Of a DNA stretch of 64,000 bases, positions 31,395 through 40,393 are shown piece by piece. Each line of letters begins with the position of its first letter. Within the stretch, counting starts at the first letter, position 1. Under the pieces are notes generated by a model. The model made no database searches. It saw only the letters and a program-made list of their open reading frames with translations, and was not told the origin of the DNA. Origin of the DNA: Opitutales bacterium (GTDB taxonomy: Bacteria > Verrucomicrobiota > Verrucomicrobiia > Opitutales > JABSRG01); assembly GCA_049599475.1 (NCBI GenBank), contig JBMYOQ010000001.1, forward strand, positions 1 to 64,000. Reading direction: 5' to 3'. A program made the translations under genes and the position numbers.

Positions 31395-32066
31395 ATGACA
31401 CCGATCAGCCGAAAGTCGCGGGCCTCGAAATACGAGGTCATCCTATGGGACAACGACGGGGTCTTGGTCGATACCGAAAGGTTGTATTTTGAAGCCACGC
31501 GCTCAGTTTTCCACGAGCAAGGGGTTGATCTAACGATGGATCTCTACTTCGAGTATTTTCTGGAAGGTTCTCGAGGCACATCTCGGCTCGCTCGCGAACG
31601 CGGTTTAAGCGAGGATGTTTTGAGGGAAATGCAGCATAGGCGTGGTCTGCGATATCAAGAGATGTTGGAGCGGGAGGATCTTGTGATCGATGGAGTGCGT
31701 GAGACGCTAGAAAGTCTGAAGACGCTCTATCCGATGAGTATTGTAACAAGTGCACCGCGGGAGTATTTCGACAGCATTCATAGCAGGACCGGATTGCTTG
31801 AGTGTTTCGAGTTTGTGATTGCACGCGGGGACTATGCGAATAGCAAGCCAGCCCCGGATCCTTATCTCACCGCTATCGAGCGTTGTGGGCTGCCCAAGAG
31901 CCAGTGCCTGGCCATTGAAGATTCACCGCGAGGGTTAGCCGCAGCCCAGGCTGCCGGGATTGAGTGTTGGATCATACCCAATGAACTGACTCGTCGAGCA
32001 GACTTCTCGGCAGCCACCCGAGTCTTGGAAAGCATTTCCGAGGTTCCCAATATACTCCTCAGTTGA
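31395..32066 (+). CDS. HAD-superfamily phosphatase
   Basis: WDNDGVLVDTE, SKPAPDPY, IEDSPRG. Confidence 0.92.
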   Translation: MTPISRKSRASKYEVILWDNDGVLVDTERLYFEATRSVFHEQGVDLTMDLYFEYFLEGSRGTSRLARERGLSEDVLREMQHRRGLRYQEMLEREDLVIDGVRETLESLKTLYPMSIVTSAPREYFDSIHSRTGLLECFEFVIARGDYANSKPAPDPYLTAIERCGLPKSQCLAIEDSPRGLAAAQAAGIECWIIPNELTRRADFSAATRVLESISEVPNILLS

Positions 32067-32176
32067 GCGATGAAACGCTTTGGAGTGGTATTAGGCCTCT
32101 TTGAGAGAATCCGACTTTACCCTGCGTGATTTGTAAAAGCTTGAAAGCTAAATAAAGATCTGTATTTTGGTCGATT

Positions 32177-32428
32177 ATGAATACTGTTTTAAGTCCTTAT
32201 TCGGCCAGTGTTTCCGAGTTGAAAAAGAACCCAAGCTCTATTTTAGAACAGTCAGGAGGGGAACCTGTTGCTATCCTAAACCACAATAGGCCAACCGCTT
32301 ACCTCGTTTCGGCATCAATGTATGAGGAAATGTTGGAGATGCTTGAGAACGCAGAGTTGCTCGATGTTGTACAGTCCCGATTAGGTGAGAAGAAGGACGC
32401 GGTAGAGATAAGTTTGGATGAGCTATAG
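32177..32428 (+). CDS. Phd/YefM (StbD-like) antitoxin
   Basis: SASVSELKKNP, PVAILNHNRPTAYLV; overlaps the toxin gene. Confidence 0.9.
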   Translation: MNTVLSPYSASVSELKKNPSSILEQSGGEPVAILNHNRPTAYLVSASMYEEMLEMLENAELLDVVQSRLGEKKDAVEISLDEL

Positions 32429-32708
32429 TCTAAGGTTTCTTCCGAGTGCCAAACGAGGGTGGGATAAGCTCGGGTCGACAATAAGAGAGCAATTCAAAGC
32501 GAAGCTTGCTGAGCGTTTGCTTGAACCTGAAGTGTCTGCAGATCGACTGCATGGCCGGCTTAACTTTTACAAAATCAAGCTCCGCTCAGCCGGATATAGG
32601 CTGGTGTATGAAGTCGAGAAGGGGGAGTTGATTGTATATGTGTTTGCGGTTGGAAAGAGAGAGCGAGGGCAGGTGTATTCCCGAGCTTTTAGAAGGATCC
32701 GAGACTGA
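32418..32708 (+). CDS. relE: RelE/StbE-family toxin
   Basis: WDKLGSTIREQF..KL.ERL, YKIKLRSAGYRLVY, AVGKRER. Confidence 0.9.
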   Translation: MSYSLRFLPSAKRGWDKLGSTIREQFKAKLAERLLEPEVSADRLHGRLNFYKIKLRSAGYRLVYEVEKGELIVYVFAVGKRERGQVYSRAFRRIRD

Positions 32709-32826
32709 CTGGACAGAACAGAAGCCGGGTATATGAAACAGATTGTTTGACCCGAGATCGCCGGTTTGTGGTAGGAGGAGTAAGTTTTTGTTCCAGATCT
32801 GAGATTCTAGCCATCTGTGTATGGCC

Positions 32827-33441
32827 TCAGCGATATTGTGACGCGAGGCTCGGGTCGAGGCGGACCATGCGCTCAATGTATTTGCCGACTAGATCAAACT
32901 CTAGGTTTACCTGGCTGCCGGCTTGGCGGGCCGATAGGTTTGTGAGTTCCAAAGTTTTTGGAATCAGCCAGCAGGTAAACTGCGAATCTGTGAGTTCTGC
33001 GATTGTGAGGGATATCCCATCGATGGTGATGCTTCCTTTGTCGATCAGGCGGTGTGCGTTTCCCTGAGGAATTGCGACATCTAGGCGGACATTCTTTCCG
33101 TCCTGCTCAATTTGGAGGATCTGCGCTGTTTGGTCCACATGACCGCTTACGATGTGGCCTCCGAGTTTGGCCTGCATGCGTAGCGCGCGCTCAAGGTTTA
33201 CGATGTCGCCGACTTTCAAATCTACCAAATTGGTGATGCGTAGGGTTTGGTCGAGAATGTCGAAATCCACGGTCTCGTTCGAAAATTCTACGATCGTGAG
33301 GCACACACCATTTACCGCGATACTATCGCCGAGCGCAGCATCTTCTAAGGCCGCAGCGCAACGAATACGGAATCGCCAAGCTTCTTGGCGATTTTCAATG
33401 AGTTCGATCGTGCCGACTTCTTCGATGATTCCGGTAAACAT
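32827..33441 (-). CDS. ribE: Riboflavin synthase alpha chain
   Basis: Invariant MFTGI N-terminus (ATG 33441), GDSIAVNGVCLT, VNLERAL, GGHIVSGHVD. Confidence 0.96.
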   Translation of the reverse strand: MFTGIIEEVGTIELIENRQEAWRFRIRCAAALEDAALGDSIAVNGVCLTIVEFSNETVDFDILDQTLRITNLVDLKVGDIVNLERALRMQAKLGGHIVSGHVDQTAQILQIEQDGKNVRLDVAIPQGNAHRLIDKGSITIDGISLTIAELTDSQFTCWLIPKTLELTNLSARQAGSQVNLEFDLVGKYIERMVRLDPSLASQYR

Positions 33442-33489
33442 GAATTTACCTTTAGCACATGTACAAGCGTCGGCAATAATCGGGTGCAC

Positions 33490-33518
33490 AAAAAAGCGGC
33501 ACCCTGTATGGATGCCGC
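33490..33518 (-). terminator. Intrinsic terminator after the 1211-aa gene
   Basis: GCGGCATCC-loop-GGGTGCCGC-TTTTTT on the minus strand. Confidence 0.8.
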
Positions 33519-33545
33519 CTGTTAGAAGGTATTCGTGGAGACCGA

Positions 33546-36500
33546 TTAATACACGATTGAGAAATCGAAGTCGTGTCGGTCGCCGCCGTCGGTGTCTACT
33601 GATTCGATGATCACGTAGATATTATCACCGGCAGTGACTTCACCGACGCTCAATTCGGCGACATTCAGAGTCGTGGTGTAATCGTAGCTCGTGATGAGCG
33701 TGTCGTTAACATATACGTGTGTTCTGATTGTCTTGGTCGAGACACCTGTGTCGATGCTTAGATCAGTAATCGTGTGGATGCCCGAAATCTGTGCTTGGAA
33801 CGCGGCTACCAACGCTTGATTTCCACGAGTGTTGGTCTTGCCTGTATTCACCCAAAATCCGCGTGATCCGGTATTCGTGGAGTAGCGTTCGTTATCGAGG
33901 CTCTCGTTGATGAGGTTCAGCGCTCGGTGCTGTGATGAGTTGCCAATGCGATCGATCCGAACTTTTTGGTAAGACCAGCCAGCATTCTCATGAGTGATGA
34001 GATTGCTCAGGAAGTTGGTCGATTTCATCGGGTCCGCTGGGAAATTGACGAATGTCACGTTGGTCAAAACAAGCGCTATGCCTTGGATGCCTGAACCGTC
34101 GTCGTCAGCAAAAGGGGTTGCACTGAAGGTGTAGGTGCTGTTTGGGATTTCACTTCCGATCAAATCGCCGTTTGCGTCTGTTCCGAACAAGGAATAGGGC
34201 GCTGTATTTTCCGCGGCGTCCTCAACATATACCCAATTGTCATCGGCCATGTAGAACACGACGCTGCCTTGAGCTGCATCAAGATTTGCGCGAATCGCGA
34301 GATTGTTCACTTGTCCGATTGCGTTGAAATCCACCACGCTGTCGTTGCTGAGATTCATAATCGGCTGTTGCGTGTCTGCGTCGAAGAGCATGAGGGAGCC
34401 CACGCTTCGAGTTGATGGGTCGATGCTCTGCTTAACGTAAGTGTCGATGACGGAACCTTCGATATTGCTGAGGTCCGCGCTGTTTCCTGAATTGAGCCAA
34501 TTCTCGGGAATCGCGCCGAAGACGCGTCGAGGAGCCTGCATGGGTAGGCGTCGGGTGTCATCCGCGGCTGTCAGAGAGCGATCAAGTAGGAGCGCGCTGG
34601 AGGCGAGGCCTTGTTTTGAATCGGGTGTATGGCACGATAGACAGAATGGATTCGTGAGGCTGTCTGGGCGCGATGCATCGTGGAAGAGGGGACTCTCGGG
34701 GAAGATGATTTGGTTGCGCAGGCTGCTCACAGCTGAAGGAATATTCCCAAGGTGGGCTGCCATGTCGTCGGAGTAATCATACCAGACGGCATAGTGATCA
34801 AAGGTGTCTTGGCCGCCTAGATTGAGGAAGAATTCGATTTCGCCTTGTCCGAGGGCTCCGTAAAGGGCCGCTTGAGTTTCGAGCTCGGGGTGGTCGCCTG
34901 TGTTAAATCCGACGAGGGTTCCGCGAGCGAAATTGGCGCATACTTCGGGAGCAAATGTGTGGGCAAACACTTTAAACTCGTCGATCCACCCATTGAACCC
35001 CGCTAATCCATCTGAAGGCACGTCGCCCACGTAAAGGGTGCCGTTATTGTCAGAATCGCTCTGGTCTCCGTCAGTCATGCGGAAAATCGGGTTTGCAGGA
35101 TCCTCATAATAGTCGAGGAGGAATCCATTGTGATAGAGGTCGACGCGCGTGCCGCCATTGAAGATTTGGACTCCGATATGCGCCCAGGCTGCCAGGGGTA
35201 AGCCGAGTTCACCTGCGAGGGCAGTCGTGTGAAGGACAGTGCCTGTAGCGTCCTTGAAAAGAAGTGTGCTGCGGCCAACTGTGTGAAGCGCGCTTCCATC
35301 CGGGAAAGTGAGTAGAGAGCGCTCAGCAGTGCTGTCGGGATGACGTGTGTCGAGGAAAATACCGACATACCAATCCGCGCCCGTGAGTGCGCTGGGGCCA
35401 TCTGTTTGATCAGGGATATTGTAGCTCAGGCCGGAATTGCCCTCGAGCCAGAGCCCCTTGCCGGAGATGCCGCCGTTGGCGATAGGTTCGATACGCACAC
35501 TGCCGTGGGTGTCGGCATGCGTTGGAATAGTCCAGCGGTCGGGGAGCGCGGTGGCGTAATTGCCTACCAGTACTGGGTTGTTGAATCCATTGCCGTCCCA
35601 TCCGTCATGATGAATCATAGTGCGACGGCTGTTGGGGTCGAACTCCAACGCGGCATGCATGTTGGAAACGATGAAACTGTCTACATTGAGGTAATCGTCG
35701 AAGGAAAATTCGGCGGTAGCTTTACCGTTACTCACCTGCCAAACTACGTCGTAAGGAAGCAGAGTCGCCATGCTGTCCTGGTAGGCCATCTTATTTTCCA
35801 AAGAATCGAAGAAGGCTGTGTTGGAGTCGATGGCTGGAGCATTTTTCCCTGCTCCGTTTTCGCGACCGGTTCCTACACGCTTGGTGCCGTCGTAATCGCC
35901 GTTGGCTTCGTAGAGAGTCACAATGGAGTGCTCGGTATCACGCGTGCCCATTCCGTAGTCGGTATTATTGAGCAAATTATCGATGACGACCATTTTGCCG
36001 TGTGTCCAAAGTCCCATGACACTGTGTCCGCGTGTTGAGCTGGCTTCTTCGTTATCGGGAGTGGCGCCGTTGATAAACGGCACGTTTGGATAACGGGCAT
36101 CGTTCCCATCATTGAGTCGAGCACTAATTGTAGTGAAAAATAAATTATCGCCCTTGTGGTCAATCCATGGGTAACTGCCTTGAAGGTCGACACCTGCGGG
36201 GAAGAGGTTGCCCAATGAATCGCGCATAGGATGCATCGCGAAACCATAGCGCTGGTTGATGCGGGCATCGCTGTTGGCGAAAGTGATTGGGATCAGGTTT
36301 GCAAACCCTTCAACGTCGCCGTCTGCAGAATATGAATACGCGATATCTACGTAGTCTGCCATTTCTAGGGCGCCCGTGTTGGGATTGGTCCATTCGAAAT
36401 CGCGCTCGTTTATTCGGCAGACCAAGAGGCGACCATCTCCAGTTACCATGGGCTCTAGGATATCTGATGGAATCAGGTCTTGGGAGTTCATTACAGGTGC

Positions 36501-37181
36501 CACCGTATCATCTACTTCGACGAGTTCGATCTGTGCGGCTGCAGTCTTGGGATTGCTTACATAAACCTTAATGGGAGTGAGCTGGAATCGAGAGTGGTCC
36601 ATGCCGTCGATTGAAAATTGAAGTGTCGCAAAGACTGTCAGGTAATAGACGTCGTGAATTTCACCGTTGAAAATCTCTGCAACAGGATTGTTGATACCGT
36701 TAAACCCGGTCGGATCACCGAACTCTTGAGTCTGGTCCATGATGGTGAGTTGGCGCACGCGAGCATTGCTACGGGTAATTCCATCATTGATACCATCGAG
36801 CAAATTTCTGAAGTGCGCATCACTGATTCTGAAAGGGTCTACGCTGCTTAGGATGTCATGGGCTCCGAATGACACTGTGGGGTCTGTGAAATGGGTTGAA
36901 AGGCCCTCTGGGTTGACTAGATAAAAGCGGAGGTCGCCGCCCTTGAGTTTGAGGTCCACCCCGATCCGTCCGTCTCCTGAAGTTCGGAATGCGGGGATGT
37001 GGGGTGCGATCATCTCAGTCTCAGAGATAGGCTCGCCGTCTGGATTGACTCCAGTTACGCGGGCATGGACGGGGCGATCAATGGCAGGGCGTTCGGGAAG
37101 GCCTGAGGCAATGTGGGACATCACCGTAGCGGTAATAAGCGCGACAACGCTACCGCGAAATATCGGGGTGGATATTCGCAT
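33546..37181 (-). CDS. Large secreted protein with LamG-like domain and a single CxxCH motif
   Basis: Signal peptide; WAHIGV...LYHNG...FNGWIDEFKVF (LamG-like); CLSCH. Confidence 0.7.
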   Translation of the reverse strand: MRISTPIFRGSVVALITATVMSHIASGLPERPAIDRPVHARVTGVNPDGEPISETEMIAPHIPAFRTSGDGRIGVDLKLKGGDLRFYLVNPEGLSTHFTDPTVSFGAHDILSSVDPFRISDAHFRNLLDGINDGITRSNARVRQLTIMDQTQEFGDPTGFNGINNPVAEIFNGEIHDVYYLTVFATLQFSIDGMDHSRFQLTPIKVYVSNPKTAAAQIELVEVDDTVAPVMNSQDLIPSDILEPMVTGDGRLLVCRINERDFEWTNPNTGALEMADYVDIAYSYSADGDVEGFANLIPITFANSDARINQRYGFAMHPMRDSLGNLFPAGVDLQGSYPWIDHKGDNLFFTTISARLNDGNDARYPNVPFINGATPDNEEASSTRGHSVMGLWTHGKMVVIDNLLNNTDYGMGTRDTEHSIVTLYEANGDYDGTKRVGTGRENGAGKNAPAIDSNTAFFDSLENKMAYQDSMATLLPYDVVWQVSNGKATAEFSFDDYLNVDSFIVSNMHAALEFDPNSRRTMIHHDGWDGNGFNNPVLVGNYATALPDRWTIPTHADTHGSVRIEPIANGGISGKGLWLEGNSGLSYNIPDQTDGPSALTGADWYVGIFLDTRHPDSTAERSLLTFPDGSALHTVGRSTLLFKDATGTVLHTTALAGELGLPLAAWAHIGVQIFNGGTRVDLYHNGFLLDYYEDPANPIFRMTDGDQSDSDNNGTLYVGDVPSDGLAGFNGWIDEFKVFAHTFAPEVCANFARGTLVGFNTGDHPELETQAALYGALGQGEIEFFLNLGGQDTFDHYAVWYDYSDDMAAHLGNIPSAVSSLRNQIIFPESPLFHDASRPDSLTNPFCLSCHTPDSKQGLASSALLLDRSLTAADDTRRLPMQAPRRVFGAIPENWLNSGNSADLSNIEGSVIDTYVKQSIDPSTRSVGSLMLFDADTQQPIMNLSNDSVVDFNAIGQVNNLAIRANLDAAQGSVVFYMADDNWVYVEDAAENTAPYSLFGTDANGDLIGSEIPNSTYTFSATPFADDDGSGIQGIALVLTNVTFVNFPADPMKSTNFLSNLITHENAGWSYQKVRIDRIGNSSQHRALNLINESLDNERYSTNTGSRGFWVNTGKTNTRGNQALVAAFQAQISGIHTITDLSIDTGVSTKTIRTHVYVNDTLITSYDYTTTLNVAELSVGEVTAGDNIYVIIESVDTDGGDRHDFDFSIVY

Positions 37182-37611
37182 ATAGTATTTGGGGTATGAG
37201 GGGTTTATTTCAGAAATTCAGGGTGCTGGGGTAAGCGAGAGAGGGGAGAATTCTGAGAGATATTATTGAGCGCTTTCTAAGTCGTTTCCCAAGTGTGCAA
37301 TGTTAGCAATTCTGAATTCTGCAGTTAAAATTCCTTCTTATTGATAATTAAAAAACGTATCAAAGAAGTGGATTAATGGTTTTGATTTTCAATTATCGAA
37401 ACCTTTAAAGCGTTGATCTTTAGTGCTTTAAGTGGAGTTAGTTTGTCTGTTTGGGTTTGTTTAAAATCCCCCATATTTAAAAAACTGTTAACGAATCGGG
37501 CGCTCGTATTTCACCTAATAATAGTATTTATAGAATACAAATACGGGAAGTGGGGTGTGAATAACTAGGTTGCTATGAAAATATGCTTCAGGGTCTCCAG
37601 AAAGGGTATTT

Positions 37612-38352
37612 TCAAGCTTCCAATATGAAATCTATGATCGTTTGAGCGGTCGTTTCTGGGCACTCAAGATGTGGCCGATGGCCGGCCCCTGGGATCGAAA
37701 CATTTGAGACATGCTTGGGCTGCGCGAGGTGATGATGAAATTGTCGAAACTTGTGATCGTGCTCACCGGATAGAAGCAGTGCTGGATTGTTTAGGGTGTT
37801 AAAGGGGTGATCCAGGTAGGGTAGAATCCCATTGCCCAGTCCCTGCATGCTGGCGATCCATCCGTTTGCATCTGCTTCAAGTTTTTGGGAGCGGAGCGCT
37901 GTTTGGACCTCTTGGGGAATGGGTGTGCTTGTGTTGAATACGGGTTGGCGTTCCCAGGTGTCTAGCCAATCTGAGCGCTCCATGGATTGAAGCTTTGTCA
38001 TCCATTCCTGATCTTGGAGGATGCGCGCTGCTCGGGCTTCCACTGATTGGATGCCGGGGCTCGTGCTGATTAGAATTATTTGGTCGAAGCGGTCAGGCTC
38101 ATGAGTGGCCCAGTTTAGGGCAATGCGTCCTCCCATGGAATAGCCCAATAAGATCCGAGGTCCCGGTTTCTGTTGCTCATAAATTTTTTTTAGGGTGTCG
38201 AGCGTTGAATCGAGCGTGATCTCGCGATCGCCGCCTCGACTCCCGTGTCCGGGTAGATCTGGGGCGTAGAGCGCGATACGCGATTTGAGGGCCTCCTTTA
38301 GGGGGTCGAAATCGGAGCCGCATCCGAGGAATCCATGGAGAGCAAAAATCAT
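37612..38352 (-). CDS. menH: Alpha/beta hydrolase, MenH-like (SHCHC synthase)
   Basis: LHGFLG, DLPGHG, GYSMGGR, SPG...R...D, GE.D.KF, AGH..H.E. Confidence 0.8.
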   Translation of the reverse strand: MIFALHGFLGCGSDFDPLKEALKSRIALYAPDLPGHGSRGGDREITLDSTLDTLKKIYEQQKPGPRILLGYSMGGRIALNWATHEPDRFDQIILISTSPGIQSVEARAARILQDQEWMTKLQSMERSDWLDTWERQPVFNTSTPIPQEVQTALRSQKLEADANGWIASMQGLGNGILPYLDHPFNTLNNPALLLSGEHDHKFRQFHHHLAQPKHVSNVSIPGAGHRPHLECPETTAQTIIDFILEA

Positions 38353-38387
38353 TTTTTTAGAAATCGACGATTCATTGGCGCGTAAAT

Positions 38388-38957
38388 GTGACGCTAGATA
38401 ATTACGATAAGCGTATGATTGGAAATGTTGAAGCGGTAAGTCGAAGCGAGGTTCTCTCGTTTAGCAAAACAAACTGTGAATACATCGACCTCCGGGCAGG
38501 ATTTGGTGTGAAAAATGAGGCATGCGTGTACGAGGGGCCATCCAAGATTCGAGCGACGCGGTGCTCTTCTCGAGAGACGAAGATTCAGACGGTGCGCCTA
38601 TTGAGCATCGAGATTATCGAAAAGCTACGTGAGCGCGGTTTTCGTGTCCGACCCGGTGTCATGGGAGAGCACATCACGACCGGAGGGATCGATATATCGG
38701 ACCTTCCTTTGCATACGCATCTGCATGTGGGACCCGAGGTGGTCATCAAGGTCGTGGTATCTCGACGGGACGAGAGCCCGCCAGAGGAGGGCCGTGTGGA
38801 TCCGATCAGCGGTCTCACGAGCGACGATTTTTTGTTAAGCCGATCCGGGATTGAGGGTATTGTAATTCAGGGAGGGCGTGTGCGTCCGAATGATTTGATT
38901 GAGATCGAGCTCCCGATCGCTGACTTCTCGAACGCTGAGCGCGAATACTTGGGCTGA
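38388..38957 (+). CDS. MOSC-domain protein (degenerate)
   Basis: PGVMGEHITT.GID, LHVG, GIEG.V.QGG.VRP.D.I; catalytic Cys motif absent. Confidence 0.7.
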   Translation: MTLDNYDKRMIGNVEAVSRSEVLSFSKTNCEYIDLRAGFGVKNEACVYEGPSKIRATRCSSRETKIQTVRLLSIEIIEKLRERGFRVRPGVMGEHITTGGIDISDLPLHTHLHVGPEVVIKVVVSRRDESPPEEGRVDPISGLTSDDFLLSRSGIEGIVIQGGRVRPNDLIEIELPIADFSNAEREYLG

Positions 38958-39016
38958 TTGGCTGGCTTAGCTGCATTCTCATTGCACTGTTCTTCTGCGC
39001 GCCTATGACGCTATGA

Positions 39017-40393
39017 ATGCCTTCGCTCTCCAAAGATGATATACCGGGTGCCCTGCGCACCATTGGTGAAGCTGTGTCTTCGGCGGGAGGGCGCGCATAT
39101 AAGGTCGGCGGCTGTGTGCGTGATGCTATTCTCGGACGAGATTGTAAGGATTTCGATCTCGAGGTCTTTGGGCTCGATCAGGAAAAATGGGAACAGGTTT
39201 TAGTTTCCATTAATCGGGTTGAGCAGGTGGGTAAGCAATTTGGCGTATATAAGTTGTCTGGGCTGCCTATCGATGTCGCTCTGCCGCGCCGTGAACGCAA
39301 GGTGGACGCCGGGCACCGAGGGTTTAGCACCGAGCCGGATCCTTCGATGTCGCTGGAAGCGGCAGCACAGCGGCGAGATTTTACGATCAATGCGATTTAT
39401 CAGGATCTTTTAACTGAGGAGATGTTGGATCCAGTTGGCGGAGCTTTAGATCTCAAAGAGAAGCGATTGAAACACGTGTCAGCAGCGTTCAGTGAAGACT
39501 CATTGAGAGTTTTGCGAGGTATGCAGTTTATTGCTCGCTTTGATCTTACCGCAGTACCGGAAACGGTGGAGCTGTGTCGCTCTATTGATGGCGACGATCT
39601 GCCCATGGAGCGGGTGGGTGAAGAGTTTTACAAACTGATCGTCCAGGGACAGGAGATTGGCAAGGGGATGCGCTTCCTAAGCGAAGTGGGATGGCTCCGT
39701 TACTTTCCAGAGCTGAAGGCGTTACAAGGCTGTCAGCAGGATCCTAAATGGCATCCCGAGGGCGACGTATGGGTGCATACCTTACACTGTTTAGATGTGT
39801 TCGCAAAAGAGCGTATTGGAGACTCTCGAGAAGACTGGGTCGTTGGTTTGGCAGTGCTCTGTCACGATCTCGGTAAGCCGGACACCACAGTCTTCGACCA
39901 GGGGCGGTGGAAATCACCTCGTCACGAGTATGTTGGGATCTCGGTAACGGAGCGATTTCTGCGTCGCATCACTCAAGAGAAGTCTCTGATTACAAGTGTC
40001 CTACCATTGGTCGAGTGCCATATGCGGCCCTTTCAACTATTTAGTGGGGGTGCTCGTGATGCGGCCGTTAGACGCTTAGCGAATAAGGTAGGTCGTATCG
40101 ATCGGCTTCTGCGGGTGTGCCGCGCAGATAAGCAAGGAAGACCCCCGATTGTCCCCGAAGGATTTCCTGAGCTCGAAGCTTTGGCCGAGCGAGCAGACCA
40201 ATTACAGCTCGCGGATTCAGGGCCGCAGCCTCTGCTTCAAGGGCGACATTTGGTGGCTGCGGGCCTTGAGCCATCCAAGCAGTTTAAGAGGATCCTGAAC
40301 GCTGCGTTTGAAGCGCAGCTCGATGGGGCGTTTTCCGATGAAGCGGGTGCGATCGAATGGTTTAATAATCGGTCGTCAGACTCCAAGTCGTAG
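39017..40393 (+). CDS. cca: CCA-adding enzyme / poly(A) polymerase family with HD domain
   Basis: VGGCVRD..DFDLE, RRDFTINA, EDSLRVLR, WHPEGDV..HT, HDLGK. Confidence 0.9.
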   Translation: MPSLSKDDIPGALRTIGEAVSSAGGRAYKVGGCVRDAILGRDCKDFDLEVFGLDQEKWEQVLVSINRVEQVGKQFGVYKLSGLPIDVALPRRERKVDAGHRGFSTEPDPSMSLEAAAQRRDFTINAIYQDLLTEEMLDPVGGALDLKEKRLKHVSAAFSEDSLRVLRGMQFIARFDLTAVPETVELCRSIDGDDLPMERVGEEFYKLIVQGQEIGKGMRFLSEVGWLRYFPELKALQGCQQDPKWHPEGDVWVHTLHCLDVFAKERIGDSREDWVVGLAVLCHDLGKPDTTVFDQGRWKSPRHEYVGISVTERFLRRITQEKSLITSVLPLVECHMRPFQLFSGGARDAAVRRLANKVGRIDRLLRVCRADKQGRPPIVPEGFPELEALAERADQLQLADSGPQPLLQGRHLVAAGLEPSKQFKRILNAAFEAQLDGAFSDEAGAIEWFNNRSSDSKS

